Origin: Campylobacterota bacterium
GTDB lineage: Bacteria; Campylobacterota; Campylobacteria; Campylobacterales; Arcobacteraceae
Assembly (NCBI GenBank): GCA_051746405.1
Contig: JBNJFB010000014.1
Coordinates: 1 to 47,800 of the forward strand
DNA: 47,800 bases
Reading direction: 5' to 3'
Below, piece by piece: positions 11,263 to 19,569 of the stretch. Numbering within the stretch: the stretch's first letter is position 1; each line of letters begins with the position of its first letter. Both the position numbers and the translations under genes were made by a program. The notes under the pieces are model-generated. The model did no database searches. It was not told where the DNA came from and saw nothing but the letters and a program-made list of their open reading frames with translations.

Positions 11263-12673
11263 TTATTAGCCTTGTTTTTATCTTATCTATAATTAAAGTT
11301 GTACTTCTTCCCTTTTCAAATTTAATTAATTTAACTTCATTTACTAAAGTAGAACCTACAATATCTCTATTTTTGTAATCCTCACCCTTTACTAGTACAT
11401 CAGGAAAAATTGATTTTATCAACTCAAGGGGTGTATCTTCAGCAAATATTGCTATATAATCTACAAAAGAGTAAGAACTAAGCATATAAGCTCTATCATT
11501 TACATCATTTATAGGTCGGTTTTCACCTTTAAGTCTTTTTACACTCTCATCTGAGTTAAGACCTATTATTAAAATATCACCTAACTTTTTAGCCTCTTTT
11601 AGATATTTCACATGTCCCTTATGCAAGATATCAAAACAACCATTTGTAAAAACTATCTTTTTATCTTCTTCTTTTGCTTTTTTAACAACATCTAAAAGGC
11701 TAACTTTATCTTTTAGTTTACCCTCAAACTCATCACTAGAACTTTTTTCTTCAAATATCTCTTCTAAAGTAGCAGTTGCACAACCAATCTTTCCAACAAC
11801 TATTCCAGCTGCTTTATTTGCATACTCTATAGAGTCATTTAGTGAATACTTCTGTGCAATAAAATAAGATAAAGTTGCAATAATAGTATCCCCTGCACCT
11901 GTCACATCAAATACTTCTTTTGCATATGTAGGCTTATTTATAATCTCTGTTCCTACTTGATAAGCTATTCCATTTTGGCTTAACGTAACTAAAGGTATAT
12001 CAATATTTAAATCTTTTCTTAGGTACTTAAATAACTTCTTTAAGCTCTTTTTACTATTTAATTCTTCTTTTAATATTTCTTGTGCTTCTTTTTTATTTGG
12101 TGTTAATAAATATGCATTTTTATATTTATCAAAACTCTTTCCTTTTGGGTCAACTACAACCTTAACACTATTTTTATTTGCAATCTCAATTATTTTTTTT
12201 GTTAGTTTATTAGTTAAAACACCCTTATTATAATCTGACAAAATAACTATATCTATATTTTGAATTGCATCTTTTACTTTATCTAATATAGTATTAACAG
12301 AGCTTTTTTTGATATTTTTGATATTTTCATTATCAAATCTAACAACTTGTGAGTTTGTAGCAATTATTCTTGTCTTTTTTGTAGTTACTCTTTTTGCTTC
12401 TTTTATCAAAAAATAGTCTGAACATTTAACTTTTAGTAGTTTTTCAAGTTCAAAAGAGTTTTTATCTTCCCCTACTACTGAGATAGCTGTAACATTTGAA
12501 TTTAAACTATTTAGATTATTTATAACATTCCCAGCACCACCAAGATTTAATGTCTCATAATCAATATCTATAATCTGAACAGGTGCCTCTGGTGAGACCC
12601 TATTGCAAGAACCCCATAAGTATGCATCTAGCATTAAATCACCTATTACTAAAATATTTGGCTTATTTTGCAT
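11255..12673 (-). CDS. hldE: Bifunctional heptose 7-phosphate kinase / adenylyltransferase
   Basis: SPEAPV, GGAGNV, DVTGAGD, FTNGCFDILHKGH. Confidence 0.96.
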   Translation of the reverse strand: MQNKPNILVIGDLMLDAYLWGSCNRVSPEAPVQIIDIDYETLNLGGAGNVINNLNSLNSNVTAISVVGEDKNSFELEKLLKVKCSDYFLIKEAKRVTTKKTRIIATNSQVVRFDNENIKNIKKSSVNTILDKVKDAIQNIDIVILSDYNKGVLTNKLTKKIIEIANKNSVKVVVDPKGKSFDKYKNAYLLTPNKKEAQEILKEELNSKKSLKKLFKYLRKDLNIDIPLVTLSQNGIAYQVGTEIINKPTYAKEVFDVTGAGDTIIATLSYFIAQKYSLNDSIEYANKAAGIVVGKIGCATATLEEIFEEKSSSDEFEGKLKDKVSLLDVVKKAKEEDKKIVFTNGCFDILHKGHVKYLKEAKKLGDILIIGLNSDESVKRLKGENRPINDVNDRAYMLSSYSFVDYIAIFAEDTPLELIKSIFPDVLVKGEDYKNRDIVGSTLVNEVKLIKFEKGRSTTLIIDKIKTRLIND

Positions 12674-13679
12674 TTGCTACTTCTTTATTATAAATATCTT
12701 TTATATATGGAATATAGTCCTTTATTCCCTCTTCCAAAGAGTATTTTGGGTTATAACCTAGATTTTCAGTAGTATCACTAATATCAGCTTTTGTATGAAA
12801 CTGATAACTACCTATATATGGATTTTTAATATATTCTATATCTAATTTTGTATCAAGCTCTTTTTGTAAGATATCTACAATATCTTTAAAACTTCTCTCT
12901 TGTCCAGAACCAACATTGTAAATACCTGAGTTAGTAGCATTTGCAGCTAATATGTTAGCTTGCATCACATCTTCTATATATACAAAATCTCTAAATATTT
13001 TTTCACTATTTTCAAATAACCTTGGCTTTTTTTTACTTAAAAGTTGATGCCCAAACTGTAAAACCATCGATGCTGTTTTTTGCTTATAGTACTCATTTTT
13101 ACCATAAACATTAAAATACCTTAATCCTACAATTGAAATATCAAGCTTTTTATTTATATATTTTCTTGCGATATTATCCATCATAAGTTTACTAAAACCA
13201 TATACATTATTTGGTTGTTCATTACCTACTTTTTGTGGTGACTTTGCATCTCCATACGTTGCTGCAGAACTTGCATATACAATATTTGCATTATGTTCTA
13301 TTGCTATTTTTATCAAATCTTCAAAAGCATTTACATTTGTTTTTATCATCAAATCTTGCTCTTGAACAGTAGTATCTGAAATAGCTGCTTGATGAAAGAT
13401 ATAATCAAACTCAAACTTTTCATTTAGATAGTTTAAATCATCTTTATTTGTAACATCTAAACTAAGTAAAGTACCATTAAAACCAAAAAGATTCTTATAA
13501 CTCCCATAACTATATGGATTTCCATTTGAAAAAAAACTATCTGTTTTAAAAGAGTCTAAAGCAACTATCTCACATGTAGGATACGTCTTTTGTAGATATA
13601 AGCATATATTTGAGCCAATAAAGCCAGCTGCTCCTGTTACTAGTATTTTTTTATTTCTCAAGCCTATTTCCAAACTCAT
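12663..13679 (-). CDS. hldD: ADP-L-glycero-D-manno-heptose 6-epimerase
   Basis: TGAAGFIGSN, FHQAAISDTT, YASSAATYG, YGFSK, LRYFNVYG. Confidence 0.95.
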   Translation of the reverse strand: MSLEIGLRNKKILVTGAAGFIGSNICLYLQKTYPTCEIVALDSFKTDSFFSNGNPYSYGSYKNLFGFNGTLLSLDVTNKDDLNYLNEKFEFDYIFHQAAISDTTVQEQDLMIKTNVNAFEDLIKIAIEHNANIVYASSAATYGDAKSPQKVGNEQPNNVYGFSKLMMDNIARKYINKKLDISIVGLRYFNVYGKNEYYKQKTASMVLQFGHQLLSKKKPRLFENSEKIFRDFVYIEDVMQANILAANATNSGIYNVGSGQERSFKDIVDILQKELDTKLDIEYIKNPYIGSYQFHTKADISDTTENLGYNPKYSLEEGIKDYIPYIKDIYNKEVANAK

Positions 13680-13787
13680 TATTTATATCCTATCTTTTAT
13701 ATTTTATTTATCAACTAATACTATATTTTCAATAAATTTAAAATATTTTTTATTATGTGTATATTCCAGGAGTGTCTATTGAAATAT

Positions 13788-14085
13788 TCATAGTATATCC
13801 TCGTTTAATTTTTGTTCTCTTGTTTCTAAAAATTCTTGAATATTGTGAAGATTTTGTCTCAAATCTAAAACTGCCACGATAGTTATAGTATGATTACTAA
13901 AGTCATAATATATTCCATATGGAAATCTTTTGGAAAGAAGTCTATATAAGCCATTTATTTTTATATGAACTCCTCCATAAAGCCATATAATTACCCAATC
14001 CAATATTTTGATTTTCATAGAATAACTCTCCTATGTCTAAATCAAGTGCAACTTCTTCAAGTGCTACTATATTTTTAACTATCAT
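13788..14085 (-). pseudogene. RelE/ParE-family toxin, frameshifted
   Basis: ATG at 14085 overlaps the antitoxin stop (ATGA). Frame 1 gives MIVKNIVALEEVALDLDIGELFYENQNIGLGNY then runs into a stop. The RelE/ParE-like C-terminal half (WLYGGVH..YRLLSKRFPYGIYY..IVAVLDLRQN) is in another frame. Confidence 0.75.
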
Positions 14086-14282
14086 TTACTTTTTCTAAGC
14101 TCTTCTAATGAAATTATTTTTGCTTCACCATTTTGCATTTTAGCAACTCTAGTTTTTAAGATCTCCTCATGCCATTTGGGTGTTTCTATAGTATGATCTT
14201 GTTTTTCTAAACTTTCCCAAATCTCATTCATTAGGATTATTTTTTCTTTGGTATTGAGGTCTTTTATTTCATTTATACCCAT
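14082..14282 (-). CDS. Putative addiction module antitoxin (TIGR02574-like)
   Basis: L...EKI.LM.EIWESL...P.WH.EIL..R pattern; GGAGG RBS; directly upstream of the toxin relic. Confidence 0.85.
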   Translation of the reverse strand: MGINEIKDLNTKEKIILMNEIWESLEKQDHTIETPKWHEEILKTRVAKMQNGEAKIISLEELRKSK

Positions 14283-14492
14283 TTCTTACCTCCATAAGTT
14301 TTTATTTTATTAAATCTTTCATAAATTCCATGTAACTAATTCTTTAATTTATTTTACCATATCTTTCATAAGTTCCATACAAATTACTTTTTTGAGTAAT
14401 TATCAATACAAAAATACAAATAACAATAAAGGTATTTTGTTTTTAGATGCAATCTCAATATCATCACTTTATTTAAAAGATTTATCACCAGT

Positions 14493-14639
14493 TTATAATT
14501 TGAAAAAACTATCTGTCTTAAAAGAGTCTACAGAAACTATCTCACAAGTAGGATACATCTTTTGCAAGTACAAACAGATATTTGAGCCTATGAAACCAGC
14601 TGCTCCTGTTATTAGAATTTTTTTATTTTTTAGATTCAT
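14493..14639 (-). pseudogene. hldD: Truncated second copy of the hldD 5' end (48 aa)
   Basis: MNLKNKKILITGAAGFIGSNICLYLQKMYPTCEIVSVDSFKTDSFFKL*; 39 of 44 aligned residues match the intact HldD N-terminus. Confidence 0.88.
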
Positions 14640-14682
14640 TTGTTTTTAAATACCACTCATACATAATTTTAATACCAGCTTC
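14623..14682 (-). pseudogene. fcl: Relic second 3' end of fcl
   Basis: EAGIKIMYEWYLKTNESKK* aligns with the intact Fcl tail KQGIEKMYSWYLNDAK*; overlaps the start of the hldD relic. Confidence 0.7.
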
Positions 14683-14690
14683 TTTATTAG

Positions 14691-14718
14691 TGCTAAGTGC
14701 TAAGTGTTCAGTGTTAAG
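14691..14718. repeat. Heptamer block J (intergenic)
   Basis: TGCTAAG TGCTAAG TGTTCAG TGTTAAG. Confidence 0.9.
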
Positions 14719-14719
14719 A

Positions 14720-15892
14720 TTATTTAGCATCATTTAGATACCAACTATACATTTTTTCTATTCCTTGTTTCAATTCAATATTATGTTTCCAGCCCAAACT
14801 GTTAAGTTTGCTTACATCTGTAAGTTTTTTCATAGTTCCATCTGGTTTTTCTGTGTTGAAGTAAAGTTCACCTTTGAAGCCTATGATGTTTTTTATAAGT
14901 TCTGCTAGTTCTTTTATGCTTATGTCTTTGCCTGTGCCTATGTTAAGATGAGTATTTCGGATTTCATTCGAAAACTCATCTGTGTTAGGTGCTAGGTGTG
15001 TAGTGTTAAGTATATCTTGGAAGTTTTTATTTTCCATAAGAAATACACATGCGTCTGCCATGTCTTCACTCCATAGAAATTCACGGCGTGGTTTACCACT
15101 GCCCCAGATTTCTATGGAAGTGTTAGGTGTTAAGTGTGTAGTGTTAAGAAGTTTTATGCCGTATTTTTCTAGTATATTCAATATTTCTTCTTTTGTGGAG
15201 TCTCCTGTGATACCTTCAATAGGATTACGATTTAAGTCATCTTTGATTTTTTTCCAGTTTTCATCACTCTTAGCACTTAACTCTTCTAACTTAACACTAT
15301 CTAAGCATTTTCCAAGATGTATCTTTCTAATAAGTGCTGGAAGTACATGTGACTTTTCTAAATCAAAGTTATCATTTGGTCCATATAAATTTGTTGGCAT
15401 TACAGATATAAAGTTTGTGCCATATTGTAAGTTATAGCTTTCACACATTTTTATACCTGCTATTTTTGCTATTGCGTATGGTTCATTTGTATACTCTAGT
15501 GGGCTTGTTAAAAGACAATCCTCACTCATTGGTTGTGGTGCATCTTTTGGATATATACAAGTACTACCTAAAAACAGAAGTTTTTTTACTTTATATTTAT
15601 ATGAGTTATGAATAACATTATTTTGGATAGCTAAGTTTTCATATATAAAATCTGCTCTATAAGTATTATTAGCAACTATTCCACCAACTTTTGCAGCTGC
15701 TAGTATTACAAAGTCAGGTTGTTCACATTCAAAGAACTCTTCTACAGCTATTTGATTTGTTAAGTCTAATTCCTCATGGGTTCTTACAACAATATTAGTA
15801 TAACCTTTTGATTGAAGGTTCTTTACAATTGCAGAACCAACTAGACCTCTATGTCCTGCAATATATATTTTTGAATCTTTTGCGATACACAT
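14720..15892 (-). CDS. fcl: GDP-L-fucose synthase, long form with insertions
   Basis: AGHRGLVGSA, AAAKVGGI, LGSTCIYP, YAIAK, MPTNLYGP, WGSGKPRREF, KPDGT. Confidence 0.95.
   Translation of the reverse strand: MCIAKDSKIYIAGHRGLVGSAIVKNLQSKGYTNIVVRTHEELDLTNQIAVEEFFECEQPDFVILAAAKVGGIVANNTYRADFIYENLAIQNNVIHNSYKYKVKKLLFLGSTCIYPKDAPQPMSEDCLLTSPLEYTNEPYAIAKIAGIKMCESYNLQYGTNFISVMPTNLYGPNDNFDLEKSHVLPALIRKIHLGKCLDSVKLEELSAKSDENWKKIKDDLNRNPIEGITGDSTKEEILNILEKYGIKLLNTTHLTPNTSIEIWGSGKPRREFLWSEDMADACVFLMENKNFQDILNTTHLAPNTDEFSNEIRNTHLNIGTGKDISIKELAELIKNIIGFKGELYFNTEKPDGTMKKLTDVSKLNSLGWKHNIELKQGIEKMYSWYLNDAK
14983..15010. repeat. Heptamer block I inside fcl (encodes LNTTHLAPN)
   Basis: TGTTAGG TGCTAGG TGTGTAG TGTTAAG. 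Confidence 0.88.
15121..15296. repeat. Inverted heptamer block pair H/G inside fcl
   Basis: 15121-15148 TGTTAGG TGTTAAG TGTGTAG TGTTAAG; 15269-15296 CTTAGCA CTTAACT CTTCTAA CTTAACA; 120-nt spacer. Confidence 0.85.
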
Positions 15893-15907
15893 AATTAATA
15901 AAACCTT

Positions 15908-17071
15908 TTATTCAAAATAACTTAAAATCTCATAGCCACCATCTTTTAGGTATTGATCTTTTGTCATTAGTTTTATATCACTTGACATCATATCATTTAC
16001 TAAATCTTGTAGGTTATACTCTCTATTCCAACCAAGCTCTTTCTCGGCCTTACTTGGATCTCCTAATAATAAATCTACTTCTGTTGGTCTAAAATATCGT
16101 GGGTCTACTGACACCACGATAGTGTTAGGTGCTAGGTGGGTAGTGTTATGTTCATTACACTCTTTTCCTATCTTAGCACTTAGCACATCCCACTTAACAC
16201 TATCAATTACACCTATTTCATCAACTCCCTCATTTTCAAATCTAAGGTTAATACCTGCATATTCAAAAGCATATTTTACGAAGTCTCTTACAGTTGTTGT
16301 TTGTCCAGTTGCAATAACCCAATCTTCTGGAGTATCTGTTTGTAAAATCATCCACATCATTCTTACGTAGTCTTTTGCATGTCCCCAGTCTCTTTTTGCA
16401 TCTAAATTACCTAAGTATAGTTTATCTTGTAAGTTAAGTGCGATTTTACTTGCAGCTCTTGTAATCTTTCTAGTTACAAATGTCTCACCTCTTACTGGAC
16501 TTTCATGATTAAAAAGTATTCCATTACAAGCAAACATATCATAAGCTTCTCTATAGTTTACAGTAATCCAGTATGCATACATCTTTGCTACTGCATAAGG
16601 AGATCTTGGGTAAAAAGGAGTTGTTTCACTTTGTGGTGTCTCTTGTACTTTTCCATAAAGTTCACTGGTACTAGCTTGATAGATTTTTGTTTTTTTAGTA
16701 AGTCCCAGTAGCTTTACAGCTTCAAGTATTCTAAGTGTTCCTGTACCATCTGCATTTGCTACATATTCAGGTATTTCAAACGAAACATGTACATGAGACA
16801 TTGCTGCAAGGTTATATATCTCATCAGGTTGTGTCTCTTGAATGATTCTTGTTAAATTCATACTATCAGTCATATCACCATAATGCAAGATAAGGTTTCT
16901 ATTTTCCACATGAGGATCTTGATACAAGTGGTCTATTCTATCTGTATTAAATAGTGAGCTTCTTCTTTTTATACCATGTACTTCATAGCCTTTTTTTAGC
17001 AAAAATTCTGCTAGGTATGAACCATCTTGTCCTGTTATTCCTGTTATTAGTGCTACTTTTTTTTCAGCCAA
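15908..17071 (-). CDS. gmd: GDP-mannose 4,6-dehydratase
   Basis: [47 protein letters not shown] start. Confidence 0.97.
   Translation of the reverse strand: MAEKKVALITGITGQDGSYLAEFLLKKGYEVHGIKRRSSLFNTDRIDHLYQDPHVENRNLILHYGDMTDSMNLTRIIQETQPDEIYNLAAMSHVHVSFEIPEYVANADGTGTLRILEAVKLLGLTKKTKIYQASTSELYGKVQETPQSETTPFYPRSPYAVAKMYAYWITVNYREAYDMFACNGILFNHESPVRGETFVTRKITRAASKIALNLQDKLYLGNLDAKRDWGHAKDYVRMMWMILQTDTPEDWVIATGQTTTVRDFVKYAFEYAGINLRFENEGVDEIGVIDSVKWDVLSAKIGKECNEHNTTHLAPNTIVVSVDPRYFRPTEVDLLLGDPSKAEKELGWNREYNLQDLVNDMMSSDIKLMTKDQYLKDGGYEILSYFE
16118..16204. repeat. Inverted heptamer block pair F/E inside gmd
   Basis: GATAG TGTTAGG TGCTAGG TGGGTAG TGTTATG, 21-nt loop, CTTAGCA CTTAGCA CATCCCA CTTAACA CTATC. 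Confidence 0.9.
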
Positions 17072-17085
17072 TTTTTTTCCTTATA

Positions 17086-18528
17086 TTAATCTCTTTTAAA
17101 ATCATCATCTAATCGAATTATATCATCTTCACCTGTATATTCACCTACTTGTGCTTCTATGATGATAAGAGGAAGTTTTCCTTGATTTTCTAATCTATGA
17201 AGTTGTCCCGCCTTTATATAGGTACTTTCATTTGGGTTTAGTATAAAAGTACTATCTTCAACTGTTACCGTTGCACATCCACTTACTACTATCCAGTGTT
17301 CATTTCTATGGAAGTGTTTTTGCAGGCTTAATCTTTTTCCAGGTTTTACTTCTATTCTTTTTATTTTATATCCTGGTGAGTCTTCAAGTACAGTATATGT
17401 TCCCCACGGTCTATGTCCTGTTATATGAGTGCTAAGTGCTAAGTTTGAAGTGCTATGTTTTATTTTATTAACTATATTTTTTACTTTTTGAGTTTCACCT
17501 TTTTTAGATATTAGCAAAGCATCATTTGTATCAACTACAACATAATCTTCTAATCCAATAGTAGCTATTATTTTTTCAGAATCATCACTATAGTAGAAGT
17601 TATTTTGACTATTTTCTTCATAACACTTAGCACTTAACCCCTCACACTCTTCAATGAGGCTATCAAAACTCCCTACATCTGACCAAGCTATATTTGAGGG
17701 TATTACTTTTACTTTTTTTGAGTTTTCCATAACGGCATAGTCTATACTATCTTCTGGTATATTTGCCATACTATCATAATCTATTCTAGTTAGGTTATTA
17801 TCAGTTTTTGAGTTTTCAAGGGCAATTTTTGCTTGATTATATATATTTGGTGAATATTTTTTTAGTTCTTCTAAAAATACTCCTGCTTTAAACATAAACA
17901 TTCCACTATTCCATAAATAAGTGCTAAGTGCTAAGTGTTCAGTGTTAAGATTATCATTTTGCTTTAAATACTCTTGAGCAGTTTGTAAGTCAGGCTTTTC
18001 ATGAAATTTCTTAACACTTAGCCCGTCATACTTAGGACTTGAAGTTTCTGCCTCTATATATCCATATCCTGTCTCAGGGTAGTTTGGCTTAATACCAAAG
18101 GTAACTATATTATCTTGCTGTGCTAATTCTTTTGCTTTTTGAAGAACTTTTTCATATTCAGTTTCATCTTTTATTAGATGATCACTTGGAGTTACTAATA
18201 CTATCTCTTGGGGATCAAGTGCCATACAAGCCAAAGCTATTGCAGGAGCTGTATTTCTAGCAACTGGTTCAAGAAGGTATTTATTATTTATTTTATTTAA
18301 TTCCTCAAGTTGATCTAATGCTAAAAAGTATTGTTCACTATTTGAAACTATAAATTGACTATTACACACTTTACTATTTCTTTTAACTGTTAGTTGAAAT
18401 AGTGATTTATCATCCTTGTGCTCTGCACTCTCTTCGAGAAATAGTTTTACAAACTGTTTAGGCATTAGGGTTCTACTTATGGGCCATAGTCTTGTACCAC
18501 TTCCTCCGCATAAGATTATGTTTGTCAT
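17086..18528 (-). CDS. manC: Mannose-1-phosphate guanylyltransferase / mannose-6-phosphate isomerase
   Basis: GGSGTRLWP.SR..PKQF, EPVARNTAPA, FHEKP, WNSGMF, SIDYAVME, C-terminal cupin RPWG..LSLQKH..EHW. Confidence 0.96.
   Translation of the reverse strand: MTNIILCGGSGTRLWPISRTLMPKQFVKLFLEESAEHKDDKSLFQLTVKRNSKVCNSQFIVSNSEQYFLALDQLEELNKINNKYLLEPVARNTAPAIALACMALDPQEIVLVTPSDHLIKDETEYEKVLQKAKELAQQDNIVTFGIKPNYPETGYGYIEAETSSPKYDGLSVKKFHEKPDLQTAQEYLKQNDNLNTEHLALSTYLWNSGMFMFKAGVFLEELKKYSPNIYNQAKIALENSKTDNNLTRIDYDSMANIPEDSIDYAVMENSKKVKVIPSNIAWSDVGSFDSLIEECEGLSAKCYEENSQNNFYYSDDSEKIIATIGLEDYVVVDTNDALLISKKGETQKVKNIVNKIKHSTSNLALSTHITGHRPWGTYTVLEDSPGYKIKRIEVKPGKRLSLQKHFHRNEHWIVVSGCATVTVEDSTFILNPNESTYIKAGQLHRLENQGKLPLIIIEAQVGEYTGEDDIIRLDDDFKRD
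17430..17646. repeat. Inverted heptamer block pair D/C inside manC
   Basis: 17430-17457 TGCTAAG TGCTAAG TTTGAAG TGCTATG; 17619-17646 CATAACA CTTAGCA CTTAACC CCTCACA; 161-nt spacer. Confidence 0.85.
17922..18044. repeat. Inverted heptamer block pair B/A inside manC
   Basis: 17922-17949 TGCTAAG TGCTAAG TGTTCAG TGTTAAG; 18010-18044 CTTAACA CTTAGCC CGTCATA CTTAGGA CTTGAAG; 60-nt spacer. Confidence 0.85.
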
Positions 18529-18529
18529 C

Positions 18530-19549
18530 TTAAGCCTTTAAATTTAAAGTAAAATTCTTAATTTTCCATCCAAGAAAAGTAAATAAGTCAGAGAAACTTT
18601 TTGTTCTCATTTTTCTTCTATTAAAGATTTTATTTTTTGAAGAAATTTCAGTTTTTTTTTCATTTGAATTTTCAGTAACAATTTTGTCTATCATAGATAA
18701 TAAATTATACTCTTCAATTACTCTTCTTCTTGCCTCTTTTACTGCAGGTAATCTTCTTTCATATTCACCAGGAGTTTCTATAATCTGCTTAATCTTTTTA
18801 ATTGAACCTTCAACATCAAAAATATCAATTAGTATAATACTATCTTTTGGAAAATAATCATAAACATTTGGACATCCATAATAAATAGGTACTGCATAAC
18901 CCAAAAATGTATCCGCAAGTTTTTCAGTCCAAATATCTTTAGCATAATGATTTTCAATAGCTATATGAAACTCATAATCATCAATTGCATCTGCTTTTAA
19001 ATCAATCCAATTATAACCCTTCCCAAATCTTTCTAATTGAGGAACTCTTTTTTGTACTACTTCTGTGAATTCGAACCTTTTTTTATGTATTGTATGTCCT
19101 TGTTGTTTATTAGAACATACTGTAGAAATTTTCTTTGTTTTATTTGGTTCTTTTACTTCTTGAATCTCATCAAGTGTTTTGCCATAAAACCATATATTTC
19201 CTGTTTGACCTCTTTGAGCATTATTATGGGAAAGATATTTTTCATCTTGATTCGTAATTAAAAAATTAAACTGATTTGCAAATGCTTTTCCATATTTAGT
19301 AATTGACGGTGGTTCTGTTGTTACTAATATAGTATTTTCTTTGGGACATTTTAGGATTTCGGTTCTATTTGGTATTCTTTTTGTTATATCATCAATAATA
19401 ACTAACCAATCATAATCATCAGATAAAGGATTAAAAATAAATTTACAATTACCAATAGTATCATTATTTTTAGTTTGTTTTTGATACGGTGAATTATCAC
19501 CCAGTTCACTTCCCCTATGTATAAACTTAACTTTAAATTTATTATGCAT
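18530..19549 (-). CDS. Glycosyltransferase family 10 (alpha-1,3/4-fucosyltransferase-like)
   Basis: K..AIDDYEFHIAIENH....WTEKL.D.FLG.AVPIYYG matches the GT10 motif; adjacent to the GDP-fucose genes. Confidence 0.85.
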   Translation of the reverse strand: MHNKFKVKFIHRGSELGDNSPYQKQTKNNDTIGNCKFIFNPLSDDYDWLVIIDDITKRIPNRTEILKCPKENTILVTTEPPSITKYGKAFANQFNFLITNQDEKYLSHNNAQRGQTGNIWFYGKTLDEIQEVKEPNKTKKISTVCSNKQQGHTIHKKRFEFTEVVQKRVPQLERFGKGYNWIDLKADAIDDYEFHIAIENHYAKDIWTEKLADTFLGYAVPIYYGCPNVYDYFPKDSIILIDIFDVEGSIKKIKQIIETPGEYERRLPAVKEARRRVIEEYNLLSMIDKIVTENSNEKKTEISSKNKIFNRRKMRTKSFSDLFTFLGWKIKNFTLNLKA

Positions 19550-19569
19550 ATTACTACCTATTTGTTAAT

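Noticed and set aside
14314..14378. 18-nt near-direct repeat ATCTTTCATAARTTCCAT and possible further gene debris
   Set aside because: Only two copies in very AT-rich DNA; I could not assign any frame to a family.
14392..14649. 85-aa plus-strand ORF
   Set aside because: Antisense shadow of the hldD relic.
14982..16370. Plus-strand ORFs both starting MLGAR (14982, 16122)
   Set aside because: The shared start comes from the heptamer blocks; both are antisense to fcl and gmd with no other coding signal.
14689..18044. Heptamer blocks as CRISPR repeats or a diversity-generating retroelement
   Set aside because: Spacing is irregular, both orientations occur and the blocks have internal 7-nt periodicity. 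No cas gene, reverse transcriptase or adenine-specific TR/VR pair is visible in the window.
18652..18660. A9 tract in the GT10 gene as a phase-variation site
   Set aside because: Poly-A/T runs of 8-9 nt occur repeatedly in this AT-rich window, the frame is intact, and no long poly-G/C tract was seen.
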